Source: Eledone cirrhosa (Eukaryota). Taken from it: 64,000 nucleotides of DNA. The position numbers and the translations under genes were made by a program. The number at the start of each line of letters is the position of its first letter. The stretch's first letter is position 1. Of this stretch, positions 1 to 13,019 are shown piece by piece. The notes below the pieces were generated by a model that saw only the letters and a program-made list of their open reading frames with translations, did no database searches and had not been told where the DNA came from. The DNA is taken from positions 29,698,001-29,762,000 of the forward strand of contig OZ024751.1 in the NCBI GenBank assembly GCA_964016885.1, read 5' to 3'.

Positions 1-590
1 TAGTGTAGACATGAGTGGTATGGTAATAGGAAGTGGTGGTGGTGGTGGTGGTGGTGGTGATAATGGTGGTGGTATTGCTTATGATGATGGTGGTATTGCT
101 CATGTTGATGATGATGATGATGGTGGTGTAGGTGATGATGATGAGGATATTAGTGGAGGGGGTGTTAGTGGTAGTGGTGTTTGTGGTATTGGTCATGATG
201 ATGGTGGTAAGTATTAGTGTTAGGTGGTGGCTTATAGTGGAGATGGTAAATTCCAAGTTGAGTGTTGACGCTATGGTTATAATGTACTCTGGCAATGATG
301 GTTGTGGTTGGTTTTAGTGGTGGTGGTGTAGTGGAGTGGTGGTGTTGTGGAGTGGTGGTGTAGTGGAGTGGTAGTGGTGGTGTGGTGGTGTAGTGGAGTG
401 GTGGTGTAGTGGAGTGGTGGTGGTGGTGTGGTGGTGTTGTGGAGTGGTGGTGTGGTGGTGGTGGTGTGGTGGTGTAGTGGAGTGGTGGTGTGGTCGTGTA
501 GTGGAGTGGTGGTGTGGTGGTGTTGTGGAGTGGTGGTGTAGTGCTGTAGTGGTGGTGGTGTAGTGGAGTGGTGTCGTAGTGGTGTAGTAG
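1..590. repeat. GGT/GTA-rich low-complexity trinucleotide repeat
   Basis: Imperfect (GGT)n with GTAGTGGAGT variants; ORFs over it are poly-G/T/H. Confidence 0.9.
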
Positions 591-679
591 ACTGAATTTT
601 CTTGGTGGAACTGTAAATATGATGTACATATATGAATATATATATATAATCACCATTTAACGTCCGTTTTCCATTTATA

Positions 680-702
680 TTTGTGTGTATATATATATAC
701 AC

Positions 703-741
<39 letters not shown>

Positions 742-977
742 TAGATAGATAGATATACATAGATATATTTATTTATATATATATATATACACACACACCT
801 ACACCCCCACATATATATGCATATATATATATATATATAGACATGTATACATACATATATAAATACACACATAGACATATATATATGTGTGTGTGTATAT
901 CTATGTATATATGTACGTGTATATATCTATGTATATATATATATGTATATATCTATGTATATATATATATGTATATA

Positions 978-1024
<47 letters not shown>

Positions 1025-1188
1025 CTATGTATGTATATATCTATGTATATATATATATATGTATGTATAAATCTATATATATGTATATATATGGTATGTA
1101 TAAATCTATATGTATATATATGTATATATATGTATGTATAAATCTATATGTATGTATATGTATATATATGTATGTATAAATCTATATG

Positions 1189-1223
<35 letters not shown>

Positions 1224-1525
1224 ATATATATATATATATCTATATATATATATATATATATACATAGTGAGGAGCAGCCGGGTGGAGTTTTAATTGAAAA
1301 ACTGATTGATTTTGATGTGTTGTATGGTGAGTAAACCTCATTTCATGGTGGACTTGGTGTTGCGTTAATCTTCCCTTTACTCCCTGCTACACTGTGTACA
1401 ACTGAAAATCTCTATGCTGAATAAACATTACTTTATGCTATGCTTATGTTGTATGTAAGAATTATTACCTCCCCTTCCCAGAACCGGGGAGAGGGGAAAG
1501 TTTGAGTGGAAAAACTAACTCACAC

Positions 1526-1587
<62 letters not shown>

Positions 1588-1806
1588 ATATATATATACA
1601 TATATATATATATGTATATATATATGTATATATATATATATGTATATACATACATGTAAATGCATGAAGGCATTCACATGTGTACATACACACACACAAA
1701 CACAGACATACATGTAAACAAATGAACAGATATACAAATATAAATACACACATGTATAAAAACACAGGCCTGAAAAGACGCACTTCCACACACAAATATT
1801 ACAATA

Positions 1807-1860
<54 letters not shown>

Positions 1861-1887
1861 CATATATATATATATATATATATAACG

Positions 1888-1918
<31 letters not shown>

Positions 1919-2106
1919 ATATGTATATATATAATTAAAAATACACTGTTAGGCACACATAAACACACACACACACAAAAACACACAAAAACACATTCAC
2001 ACAAATATATTATATATTTATAAATATATAATTACAAAACACACACATCATTCAAAAACACACACACACGCGCATACATTCAACCACACACACATACACA
2101 TACATT

Positions 2107-2156
<50 letters not shown>

Positions 2157-2160
2157 TACA
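680..2160. repeat. (TA)n/(TG)n/(CA)n compound microsatellite field
   Basis: Directly visible dinucleotide runs; similar fields recur throughout the window. Confidence 0.95.
1266..1524. mobile_element. Unclassified ~260-bp insert in (TA)n (solo-LTR or MITE-like)
   Basis: Complex sequence sharply bounded by TA tracts; ends gtgag...ctcac are inverted; internal AATAAA. Confidence 0.35.
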
Positions 2161-2519
2161 CACTCAAACAAACACACGCTTAATAGTGAAATGCAGAAAC
2201 ACCACCCCGAAAACTGTGTAGAAAAATGAAATGAGGGAGAAAAGATTTAAATAGACCAAAACTAGCTAATAGGGTTACTAATGAAATTGTGCATTCTAGA
2301 GAAATTCAAAGAATTATTCTGGAAAACAGCCAAATAAATTTTAGATATATATTCTCTTGTAATTGTAAGTGCCAGTTATGATAAACATGGCTTTCTTTTT
2401 CTTCTACTTTCACTTTCACTTTCGTTTTGATTGTTTTTTGGGCAAAAAAGTTTCTTGTTGTTTTGGGTGTATATATTTTTTTTGTTCTTCACTATCCCAC
2501 CTTTTCTCTCTTTTACTCT

Positions 2520-2930
2520 TTCTCTCTCTGCTTTGTTGATTCTCTCTCTCTGCTTTGTTGACTCTGTTTCTCTCTTTCTGTCTTTCTCCCTCTCTTTCTT
2601 TCACTCTCTCTCTCTGCTTCGTTGAATCTCTCTTGCTCTCTCTCTCTGCTTCGTTGAATCTCTCTTGCTCTCTCTCTCTCTCTGCTTCATTGATTCTCTC
2701 TGTCTGTCTTTCTCTCTCTCTCTCTGCTTCGTTGACTCTCTCTTGCTCTCTCTCTCTCTCTCTGCTTCATTGACTCTCTCTTGTCTGTCTTTCTCCCTCT
2801 CTTTCTTTCTCTTTCTCTCTCTGCTTCATTGACTCTCTCTCTGTCTGTCTTTTTCCCTCTCTCTGTCTCATTGACTTTCTTTGTTTTTCTCTTTCTCTCT
2901 GTTTCGTTGACTCTCTCTCTCTCTCTCTCT
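2520..2930. repeat. CT-rich imperfect minisatellite (ctctctgcttcRttgaNtctctc)
   Basis: Recurrent motif among (CT)n. Confidence 0.8.
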
Positions 2931-3069
2931 GTATGGTTCAATGTTTGACCCATCTTCCTGTTTTCCTCCCACCCTCTCTTTCTCCCTTTCACTCACTCTC
3001 TTTCGCATACCCCTCCCTCTCCCTCACTCCCCCTCTCTCTTACCAAAGTTTAATAATACCACCAGGGTT

Positions 3070-3165
3070 TAATAATAATAATTGTTTCTACTTTTGGCAC
3101 AAGGCCAGCAATAACCCCAGTGTATTACTGGTACTTTATTTTATCGACCCCGTAAGGATGAAAAA
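3070..3165 (-). mobile_element. SINE family A, 3' fragment
   Basis: Reverse complement of catccttacggggtcgataaaataaagtaccag...ggccttgtgccaaaagtagaaacaatt, shared with 41017-41198. Confidence 0.85.
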
Positions 3166-4124
3166 ATAATAGTACCACTTTAGTTTACATTTTCAGCGAG
3201 TGCAATAGACTGAAAGAGAGAGGGGGGAGAGAGAGGGACAAACAGAGGAACAGAGACTGACAGAGAGAGAGAGAGAGAGGCACAGAGACTGACAGTGAGA
3301 GAGAGAGAGTGAGAGAGGGGGGGTGATGCAGAGACTGATAGTGAGAGAGAGATATAGATAGATAGAGAGAGAGATGCAGAGACTGACAGTGAGTAAGAGA
3401 GATAGATAGATAGAGAGAGAGAGAAAGAGAGATGGGCCATTTTCTCATGTGAGACATTGGTGAAGTTTTTGTTGTTTATATAATCAAGGATTTCATATTT
3501 GTAAACTAAATACTTTTATTTTCTACTTCATGATTTCTCTTTCTGTTGCTGTTTCTGCCTTTACTTCTTTCTTCCTTCCTTCCTCCCTCTCTCTCCCTCT
3601 CTCTCTCTCCCTCTCTATATCTCTCGCTCCCTCCCTATCTCTTTTCATTTCCCCACCACCACCCTGTCCGCCCAACCAATTTTTCAGACATTTTAAATCT
3701 GTTTTAGAGTGAAATGAAATGATCATAATTTCTGTCTTATTTCGAAAAACACAAATAATAATAACAACAACAATAACAACAACACCACCAACAACACCAA
3801 CAACAACAACAACAACAATAATAATAATTGAAATAAATTGAAAAGTTTAGCAATATGATGGCGTTGGTTGGCATTTTTGTGATGAGATTCCAGATTATCT
3901 TTTTTCTTTTTTTTTTCTTTTTCTTCATCTTCTTGTACTTCTTTTGCTTCTCCTTCTCCTTCCCTCCCCCCTCACTCCTCCTCCTCCTCCTTTGTTAAAT
4001 CTACTTGACTTTTTGAATTTAGAAAAATATAACTTCAAATTTAAAGTGAAGAAGTTACATTGTAAATACTAACTAACATGAATGTGTTAGCTGTTGTTAC
4101 AGTTGTCATTGTTCTACTTGCTAC

Positions 4125-4410
4125 TGACGGTGGTGGTGGTGGTGGTGGTGGTGGTGGTGGTGGTGGTGGTGGTGGTGGTGGTAGTGGTGGTGGTAGTGGT
4201 GGTGATGGTGGTGATGGTCTCGGTGGTGGTGGTGGTGGTGATGGTGGTTGTTGTGGGAGTCATGGTGGAGGTTGAAGTGAGTGGTGATTGTGGTAGTGTT
4301 GGTGATTGTGATTGTGGTGATGGTCGTGTTGGTGATAGTGATAGAGGTGAAGGTGGTGGTAGTGGTGGTGATGGTGGGGGAGGTGATGATGGAGGGGGTG
4401 ATGTTGATAG
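4125..4410. repeat. (GGT)n microsatellite and degenerate flank
   Basis: Visible triplet run. Confidence 0.9.
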
Positions 4411-4726
4411 TCATAAAGAAACAGTAGTCTTTGTATCATCTTGATTCCAATGATGTTTCAAGATTCTGTATCCATCTAGGTACCAGTTATTCAATCAATA
4501 GAAAGATGGTTCAATTATTCCTGGTCAAGGCAACAAAACAATACATTGTGTTCTTGAGCAAGACTCTTCATTCCATGTTGCTTGCTTCAGTTCAATCAAC
4601 TGAAAAAAAATGAAAAGATGAGAACCAACTGCAACAGCCAGGAAACCTGCTACAAGATAGAACCTTGAAAGGATATCAGGTAAAACTACAGAAGTGTGAA
4701 CTGTATCAACAACAACAACAACAATG

Positions 4727-4940
4727 ACAAGATAGGACTAGTTCCCCAATCTGTGAAACACACTAGAAACCTCCTGTGAGACAGAACCATGCAAGAGGCC
4801 AGCTAAACTAATACAGGTGTAAACTATAGACACACAAGATAGGACTGGTTCCCCAATAAATGAAAAACCTAAGAACCTCCAGTGAGATAGAACCTTGCAG
4901 AGGCCAGCTTAACCAACATAGGTGTAAACTACACACACAC
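4727..4940 (+). repeat. ~110-bp imperfect tandem duplication
   Basis: caagataggactRgttccccaat...agaacc...gaggccagct...aggtgtaaacta occurs twice. Confidence 0.75.
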
Positions 4941-5479
4941 ACACACATACTACCTTGCTATCAGCACCTCAAACTACAATCACCACTCATGATTCCATCC
5001 ACTATCCAACCACCAGAACCTATTAATATCCAAATTTCTGTCATGTACCATTAATATCAGTGCCATTCCAGCATTATTGCTTCTATAACCTCCTCATAAC
5101 CTCTTCTTCTGTAGTTCTTACCATTATCAGAGCCAATCTAATTGTTGCCACCACTTCCATTGCCATTAAAAGCTTATATCTCTCTCTTCTGATTTGGGCT
5201 AATTTTGGATTTTGTAAATTCCATATCATCTTAAGAAATGGTTATGGCCAACTGCCTTGTCTAATATTACGAAGGTTTGTTGAAATTTTTTATTTTTTAT
5301 TTCTGTCTTCTGACCACTTGAGAAGAATTACCATTTCTACATTTGGAAATACATTGCTTCCCTTACCACTCTCTTTGAGAGAGTTGATTAAGTTCTTTAC
5401 CTGTCCAAATGTTATCTTCCCCATCCTTATTTGGTTGTCAAATTCCATCCCTCAGTGTTCCTCCATTGAGTTAAACAAC

Positions 5480-5692
5480 TGGGAATACAAAAGTTCCCCG
5501 TGGACAGGATGCCAGTCCATCACAGGGTTAAAACCCCAGTTATAGCTGGTACTCATTTTCTGCTGAGTGTAGTGGAGCAATGTGAAATGAAGTGTTTTGT
5601 TCAAGAATACAACACACAACCCAGACCAGGATTCAAAACTACGACATTATGATCATAAGTCCAACACACTTGCCACTAATTCTTGTGCCTCC
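5480..5692 (-). mobile_element. tRNA-derived SINE family B
   Basis: On the minus strand: A-box/B-box-like head, then gtgttgtattcttgaacaaaacacttcatttcacattgctcc core shared with 14536-14865. Confidence 0.75.
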
Positions 5693-5717
5693 ATATATAT
5701 ATATATATATATATATA

Positions 5718-5870
5718 TCATCATCATGATCGTTTAACGTCTATCTTCCAGGCTAGCATGGGTTAGACGGGAGTTGTCCCACTTGAGGCAAGATTGGTCA
5801 GGTGACCGTGTCTCGCTCGTATAGGACTATCTGGCAGGTTTTCTACAGCTGGATGCCCTTCCTAACACAT
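5718..5870 (-). mobile_element. 3' end of RTE-like LINE (5'-truncated)
   Basis: Reverse complement matches 12410-12560 (aggaagggcatccag...taacccatgctag...gacgttaaac(gat)n). Confidence 0.85.
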
Positions 5871-6040
5871 TAAAGTAATATCATCATCATCATCATCATA
5901 TATATATATATACATATGTGTGTATGCATATACCTTTAAACTTTTGAATGTTTATACTGTTGCAAGTGATACATATTTGTGGGTACTTTTATTTTTCATG
6001 TTAATAATTCCATATTCAAACATATATATATATATATATA

Positions 6041-6206
6041 GTGACGAAACATAAGTCAATTGCATGAACTCATAATCCTTTATTTACTGCTATATATATT
6101 TCGATGATAGCCATTGAATGGCTATGACCTCATCAGGCAGTTAGTCAGTTCTTAGATATGCCAGCTCTGTGTTTATAGTGTTGATGGTATCAGAGCCTTG
6201 GGACAT
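6041..6206 (-). mobile_element. Hammerhead-bearing cassette in (TA)n (Penelope-like terminal repeat remnant)
   Basis: Complex insert between TA tracts containing a full hammerhead fold and a downstream AATAAA. Confidence 0.65.
6086..6141 (-). ncRNA. Type I hammerhead ribozyme
   Basis: Minus strand: ACUGC-CUGAUGA-GGUcAUAGCCAU(uca)AUGGCUAUcAUC-GAAA-U(AUAU)A-UA-GCAGU; helices I, II and III all pair. Confidence 0.85.
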
Positions 6207-6509
6207 ATCTATATATATATATATAAGCACACACTCACATATATATATGTATGTGTGTATTTTGGTAAACTATGAGTATAACTAAACAAACCCAGTATAT
6301 CACTGTTTTCTTCCCCCCCCCCCTCTCTCGCTCTCTCCCCCACGTTGACTATCTCTCTCTCTCTCAACCAACTTTACATATCAAACTGTTATTTTCCACT
6401 CACAACTTACCATTTTACAGAGTCAGAATCTCCAGCATGTTCCATTCTATTCTGCCAGTCAATATTTTTTGAAAATCATTGTTACATTATCATTGATTAA
6501 AGTTCTTTC

Positions 6510-6562
<53 letters not shown>

Positions 6563-6724
6563 CTGTATATATATATACATATATATCCCCTTTCTCTCTC
6601 CTTTTTCTCTATCTCCTTCTCAATCATGTGTGTGTGTGAATATATATGTATATATGTGTGGGTTTGTGTATGTATGTGTATACATATATTTCATTCTTTC
6701 ATTCTCTTTGTATATATGTATATG

Positions 6725-6792
<68 letters not shown>

Positions 6793-6921
6793 TCTCACTT
6801 TCTCTCCGCTATTGTCTGAAGAGTTCTTTGCAACAATTCAGCTTCTAGCATTTTGGGACATGGAATGAAATGGAATGGAAAGATTCTTGTTTTACATCAC
6901 CATTATGTAGTAACACTGCCA

Positions 6922-6991
<70 letters not shown>

Positions 6992-7126
6992 CTCTTTCTC
7001 TATCTCCCGCTCTCTCATGTGTGCATGTATCTATATATGTATATATATATATGTGTGTCTGATGATAGCTAAGACGCTTATATGTATATATATGTATGTA
7101 TATAAATATAAGTGTGTATTTGTATG

Positions 7127-7188
<62 letters not shown>

Positions 7189-8314
7189 TATGCATATAAA
7201 TGTGTGTATATGTATGTATATATATATATGTGTGTGTGTGTATGTATATGCACGTACAGTACATGTGTGCATGCAAATATGTATTTCTGTGTGCATAACC
7301 ATAATGCTTGTCTCATTCCCTGCCTGCCTGTCCTGCGCTTCTACCCCACATTTGCCCTCATTCTCAACCCTGTCATCCTAACCAATCCTACCCTTATGTC
7401 CCACATTTGCCCTCCCACCCAACCCTGCGCAGATTTTTTAAGCCTTCTTTAACAGCTATTATTCTACTCTTTTCTTCTCTTGGTCACTTCCATCATTGCC
7501 CTGTCTGTTGCATCTTGTTCATTCTTCGTAAACCAAAATAGAGGCCTGTACCATTCCTGGGGGGGGGGGGGGTGATCATCTTGGTATCTACATATCACCT
7601 TTCCACTTTTTTTTTCATTCTAAATTATTTTTATTTTCATTTCCATTCCTGCACAATATATATTTAAAGTCTGTGTGTATATGTATGATATATATATATA
7701 TCACTCTCTCTCTTGTGTGTATATGTATGATATATATATATATCACTCTCTCTCTTGTATGTATATGTATATATATATATATATATATATCTATCTGTCT
7801 GTCCTTCTATCTATCTATATATTTATATATATATATTTACATCATATATATATACATCATATATATATACAGCATGTATATATATATATATATCATATAT
7901 ATATATATACATCATATATATATACATCATATATATATATAAATAAATATATATATAATTTATATATGTATGTACATATTTGTTTGTTTGTATTTATATA
8001 TAAATATATGTATATATATATGTATATATATATATTTACTTATGTTCATATATGTGATCTCTCTATATATGTGTGTGTGTGCCTCACCATTCAGATTTTC
8101 ATAAATGTCATAGTTCTCACATATACATCAGCCCCAACTCTACATTCTACACCTATGTACTTGCTGCCAATTATATTATAAAATTTACTTTTCAGATATT
8201 TCTACTCTAATAAAAACTGTAAAGACTACTGCACTCTTTTGTTTATTTTGACTCTAATAAAAGTAATGCATATAGTACAACTATATATATATGTGTGTAT
8301 GTGTATACATATAC

Positions 8315-8357
<43 letters not shown>

Positions 8358-8479
8358 TATACACACATGTATTCAATCATTTATTATATGCGTGTCTGTG
8401 TAAATATCAACTACACCAATATTGCTTAGTATTTATATAAATAAATATGTGTCTATATATATATGTGCATAAATATGTA

Positions 8480-8570
<91 letters not shown>

Positions 8571-8596
8571 GTGTATATATATATATAATACTATAG

Positions 8597-8629
<33 letters not shown>

Positions 8630-8898
8630 GACACATATGTATATATATATTATGCAATTGTGTTCCTTTCATTTCATTTTTATACCATTATACCACACCC
8701 AGTTTTTGGATTTCTTTCTATTTCCAGTTCCATTGTGTCACTCAAATTCATAGAATAATTCATCCATTCTATTTTATGTTGGAGATTACCAGATATTACT
8801 ATAATACTAACTCCATATTACCTCTGTAATAGTACCTCCACCAATTAGTCGTTATATAACCAGGTCTAACAATTACATTGCTATATATGTATGGTTTA

Positions 8899-8960
8899 GT
8901 GAAGGCACATGGGTTAGTGGTTAAAGAATTGGATTTACAATTGTGAGGTTGCAAACATGG
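8899..8960 (+). mobile_element. SINE family B head fragment
   Basis: gtgaaggcacatgggttagtggtta, tRNA-like A-box head as at 14536. Confidence 0.6.
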
Positions 8961-9054
8961 TATACTGGCTTTTAGAATAGGTACACCATGAATTAAAAAT
9001 TTTGGAAGAGCAAATTTTCACATGACGATGATGATTATCATTATTTTATAATAA

Positions 9055-9240
9055 TAATAATGATAATAATAATTGTTTCTACTTTAGGCACAAGGCCAGC
9101 AAATTACCCAGTGCATTACTGGTACTTTATTTTATCGACCCCGTAAGGATGAAAGGCAAAGTCAACCTTGGTGGGATTTGAACTCAGATCGTAAAGGGAC
9201 GTAACTATGCTGGAAAGCATGGCGTCCGACCTTCTACCGA
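9055..9240 (-). mobile_element. SINE family A, near full length
   Basis: Nearly identical to 41957-42138; B-box gagttcaaatcc on minus; (ATT)n-type tail. Confidence 0.9.
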
Positions 9241-9261
9241 TAATAATGATAATAATAATAA

Positions 9262-9475
9262 TGAAATTATTGTATACAGTGCTCAGGTGCACTAAAACTC
9301 ATCAAAGTGCATGTATAGTACTTAGAATAATATGCAAATGTCAGGGAAGTGAATAGTGTATGAGTCATGATATACATGTGTGCGTGTGTATGGAGGGGGA
9401 ATATTAGGTGTAGTGTTGGCAAATCTCAGGAAGCATGGATGTTTGAAAGGATGTAGTGTCTTGACAGCTAAATAT
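9262..9475 (-). mobile_element. Probable LINE (CR1-like) 3' end fragment
   Basis: Minus frame ends ...SCQDTTSFQTSMLPEICQHYT*, resembling a CR1-type ORF2 C-terminus, followed by a UTR and (ATT)n tail; family call from memory. Confidence 0.45.
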
Positions 9476-10155
9476 ATATCTGCTTATATCTACTTTGTAG
9501 CCTGGCATGGGTTTGATATATTCCAATGACTTAAATAAGTCCCAAAACAAAGAAACAAAAAAAATATATATATAAAAAAAAAATAAATAAATGAAAAATA
9601 AAAATGAATTAAAAATTTTGGAAGAGCAAATTTTCACTAAACTATGAGAATATCTTGATTAGAAATAAGAATATTGTTGGGGAACTTGTCATCTACTTTA
9701 GAAAATGTTAACAATGTTAGCTTGAAGTATGTAAAAATAGCCAAGGCTAAAATATTCACTAGTGTCTTTCTCTGCTGACAATAGAAACATCTGTGACTCT
9801 AAGTTGATGATAACAGATTTATTTACAAAAGAATCACAGCTGTGGCAAGGCAGGCAAAGTCCTTCATATTAAGTTGTTAATCACGTAAATGGCTAGAAAT
9901 TGGGGATTTCATCTTATTACAGAATTGCTGCCATATAGGAAATAATTTGTTCTTTAATTTCAAACAATCTCCATGTTTTTACAACAATTCGCCTGCCTGA
10001 ATAAGATATGTCTGTTGTAATTATGTATGCCTGTGTGTATATATATATATGTGTATATGTACATATATATGGGTATATGTGTTTATGTTTCTCTCTCTTT
10101 CTTTTTCCCTCTCTTTCTCTCTCTATCTCACACACACACACTCTCTCTCTCTCTC

Positions 10156-10206
<51 letters not shown>

Positions 10207-10307
10207 GTATATATATGTATATATATATGTATATATATGTTTATGTATATGTATATATGTATATATATATATGTATATATATATATGTATATATATATAT
10301 GTATATA

Positions 10308-10360
<53 letters not shown>

Positions 10361-10832
10361 TCACCCAAATATAAATCATCATCATCATTTAACGTCCATT
10401 TTCTCTGCTATGTTTATATATGTATGTGTGTGATATATATGTATATGTGTTATGTATGTGTGTGTTAGTGTGTGTGTGTGTATGCGTGTGTCAGGCGGAA
10501 GCCATACTTGTTTAGATAGAGATAATAATTGCAAAGTGTCAAGAATAGAGAGGGTCTGTGATTTGACCAATTAAGACTTTGAGAAGTGCAAGATCTGTGG
10601 AGAATGGTGGAGTGTTCCAGCAATGGGGGAAGAAATGGAAAATCTGTGGAGATCAGTGGATGATTCTGGGAGTAGGGAAAGAGGTGTAGGTTAAGAGAGA
10701 TTAAGAGAGGGACACGAGTAGATTATAAAGCACATGTCTAAGAAGTGTTTGTTTGTATGTATGTTTGTTTGTATGTACATATGTATTTATGTATGTGTGT
10801 ATGTATTTACGTCTGTATGTATGTGTTTGTGA

Positions 10833-10877
<45 letters not shown>

Positions 10878-10922
10878 TACATGTAGTATGTATGTATTTA
10901 CGTCTGTATGTATGTGTTTGTG

Positions 10923-10972
<50 letters not shown>

Positions 10973-10977
10973 CACAC

Positions 10978-12170
10978 TCTACTTAGCTTTTGTAGATCTG
11001 GAGAAAGCCTTTGACAGAGTCACCCGCTCCATATCTGGTGGGCTCTTAGAAAACTAGGGGTTGATGAATGGTTTGTGAGAGCTATACAAGCTATGTATAA
11101 AGAAACAGTCAGTAAGGTTAGAATTAACAATGAATATTGTGAAGAATTTAGTGTAAAAGTTGGTGTTCATCAAGGCTCTGTCCTTAGCCCCCTCCAATTT
11201 ATTATTGCCCTTCAGGCTATAGCAGATGAGTTCAAGACCGGCTTCCCATGGGAAGTCCTATACGCAGATGATCTAACTCTCTTGGCTGAATCAATGGCTG
11301 AACTAGAGAAGAAATTCCAAACATGGAAGCATGGCCTAGAATCAAAAGGCCTTAAAGTTAACTTGTCTAAGACTAAAGTTTTAGTTTGTAGACAGGAAAA
11401 TAGGGCACAGGTGCCCTTAGGGAAATGGCCTTGCTCAGTGTGTAGGAAAGGAGTAGGCAGAAATTCCATTTCATGTCCCAAATGCAAAGTATGGGTGCAT
11501 AAAAGATGTTGTGGGATCACAGGTAAACTATCTAAGAACGTAGACTTTATATGTGGCCGATGCTCAAGTGCAATAGGTAGCAAGTGTCCACAGGATACTA
11601 GCCCCTTCTATTGCCCGGATGGTTCTATAGAAATAGTAGACACTTTCCGTTACCTGGATGGCAAAATCAGCAGTGGTGGAGGTGTGCTCTGAAAGTACAG
11701 TAGCCAGAATCAGAACGGGATGGAAAAAGTTCAGAGAGCTTATAGTGCTGTTGGCTACAAAAGGTTTCTCTCTAAAAATGAAAGGCAGATTGTATGATGC
11801 CTGTATATGAACAGCAATGTTACATGGAAAGGAACAAAGCATGCATGCTCCGTTGGATGTGTAATAGTAATATACGTGAACGGCAAAGCATAAATGAACT
11901 ACATGAGAAATTAGGAATAAGAGGGATCAGATGCTGTTTACTCGAGAGAATACTACATTGGTATGACCACGTGATGCGCATGAAAGACGACAGCTGTATA
12001 AAAAAGTGCAGGGTGATCAAAATTGATGGTAGTTTCGGAGTGGGTAGACCCAGAAAAACCTGGGACAATCTGATAAATTCCGACCTTACACAGACAATGA
12101 CACTGGACTGAGATCTTTGGCACTATGCAGTAATACAGAAGACCCGCTTTGCCTATGTACAAAGCGAAAC
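10978..12170 (+). pseudogene. Disrupted reverse transcriptase ORF with inserted PHD-type zinc finger
   Basis: Longest segment 11075-11692 has YADD at 11261 and a C4HC3 finger at 11432-11563; frameshifts near 11030, 11685 and 11810. Confidence 0.88.
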
Positions 12171-12560
12171 CTACAGTCAGTAGGCACCTCTTAACCAAAT
12201 ATACACCACAATCCACTACCCCTACCCTATCATCCTGTCTCCCACCAACACCACCCTCTTTCTGTAAAGTTGGTACCACAACATCCAGTCCAAATAAATG
12301 AGATAATGAGATCGTGTAGGAGTCACGACAAAAAAAACAGTCTGCGCTGTAATGTGGTCGTGTAGGTAACACGGTAAAAAGTTCCCAGTTCCACACTGTA
12401 AATGTTGTTGGTGTTAGGAAGGGCATCCAGCCATAGAAAACCTGCCAGATAGTCCTATATGAGCGAGACACGGACACCCGACCAAGCTTGCCTCAAGTGG
12501 GACAACTCCCGTCTAACCCATACTAGCCTGGAAGAGGGATGTTAAACGAAGATGATGATG
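10978..12560 (+). mobile_element. 5'-truncated RTE-like non-LTR retrotransposon (ORF2 C-half plus 3'UTR)
   Basis: RT motifs LYLAFVDLEKAFDRV, GVHQGSVLSP, YADD, GLKVNLSKTK, then RTE-type C-terminus (W..HV.RM, GRPRKTW) and a (GAT)n tail. Confidence 0.92.
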
Positions 12561-12584
<24 letters not shown>

Positions 12585-12592
<8 letters not shown>

Positions 12593-12798
12593 TAAAATAA
12601 CAGATTATAGTTTAAGCAAAGAATCGCTGCTTTCACCCTTAATCAGAAGATCCCGTTAAGGGTGAAAGCAGCGATTCTTTGCTTAAACTATAATGTTATT
12701 TTAATAAATATTTGCTCTACGGTTCTTATATATTTGATATATATTTATCCTTATCGAGCCCTCTTTGGATTTTAGTCTTCAAATTTATTATTATTACT
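12585..12798. mobile_element. TA-embedded cassette with ~56-bp inverted repeat
   Basis: Arms 12585-12642 and 12656-12711 with a 13-nt spacer; second copy lacking the hairpin at 38382-38490. Confidence 0.75.
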
Positions 12799-12887
12799 AT
12801 ATATATATATATATATATATTTTTATATACATACACACACATATATATATATGTATGTATTTACGTCTGTATGTGTGTGTGTGTATA

Positions 12888-12969
<82 letters not shown>

Positions 12970-12975
12970 AGTATG

Positions 12976-13019
<44 letters not shown>

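Noticed and set aside
165-702. His/Thr/Pro-rich ORFs resembling extensin or mucin
   Set aside because: Products of a GGT-type repeat, open in several frames on both strands
5060-5545. 161-aa non-repetitive ORF
   Set aside because: Non-ATG start, no recognisable domain, and it runs into an antisense SINE
6815-6890. CUGAAGA...GAAA hammerhead candidate
   Set aside because: No helix I or convincing helix III pairing
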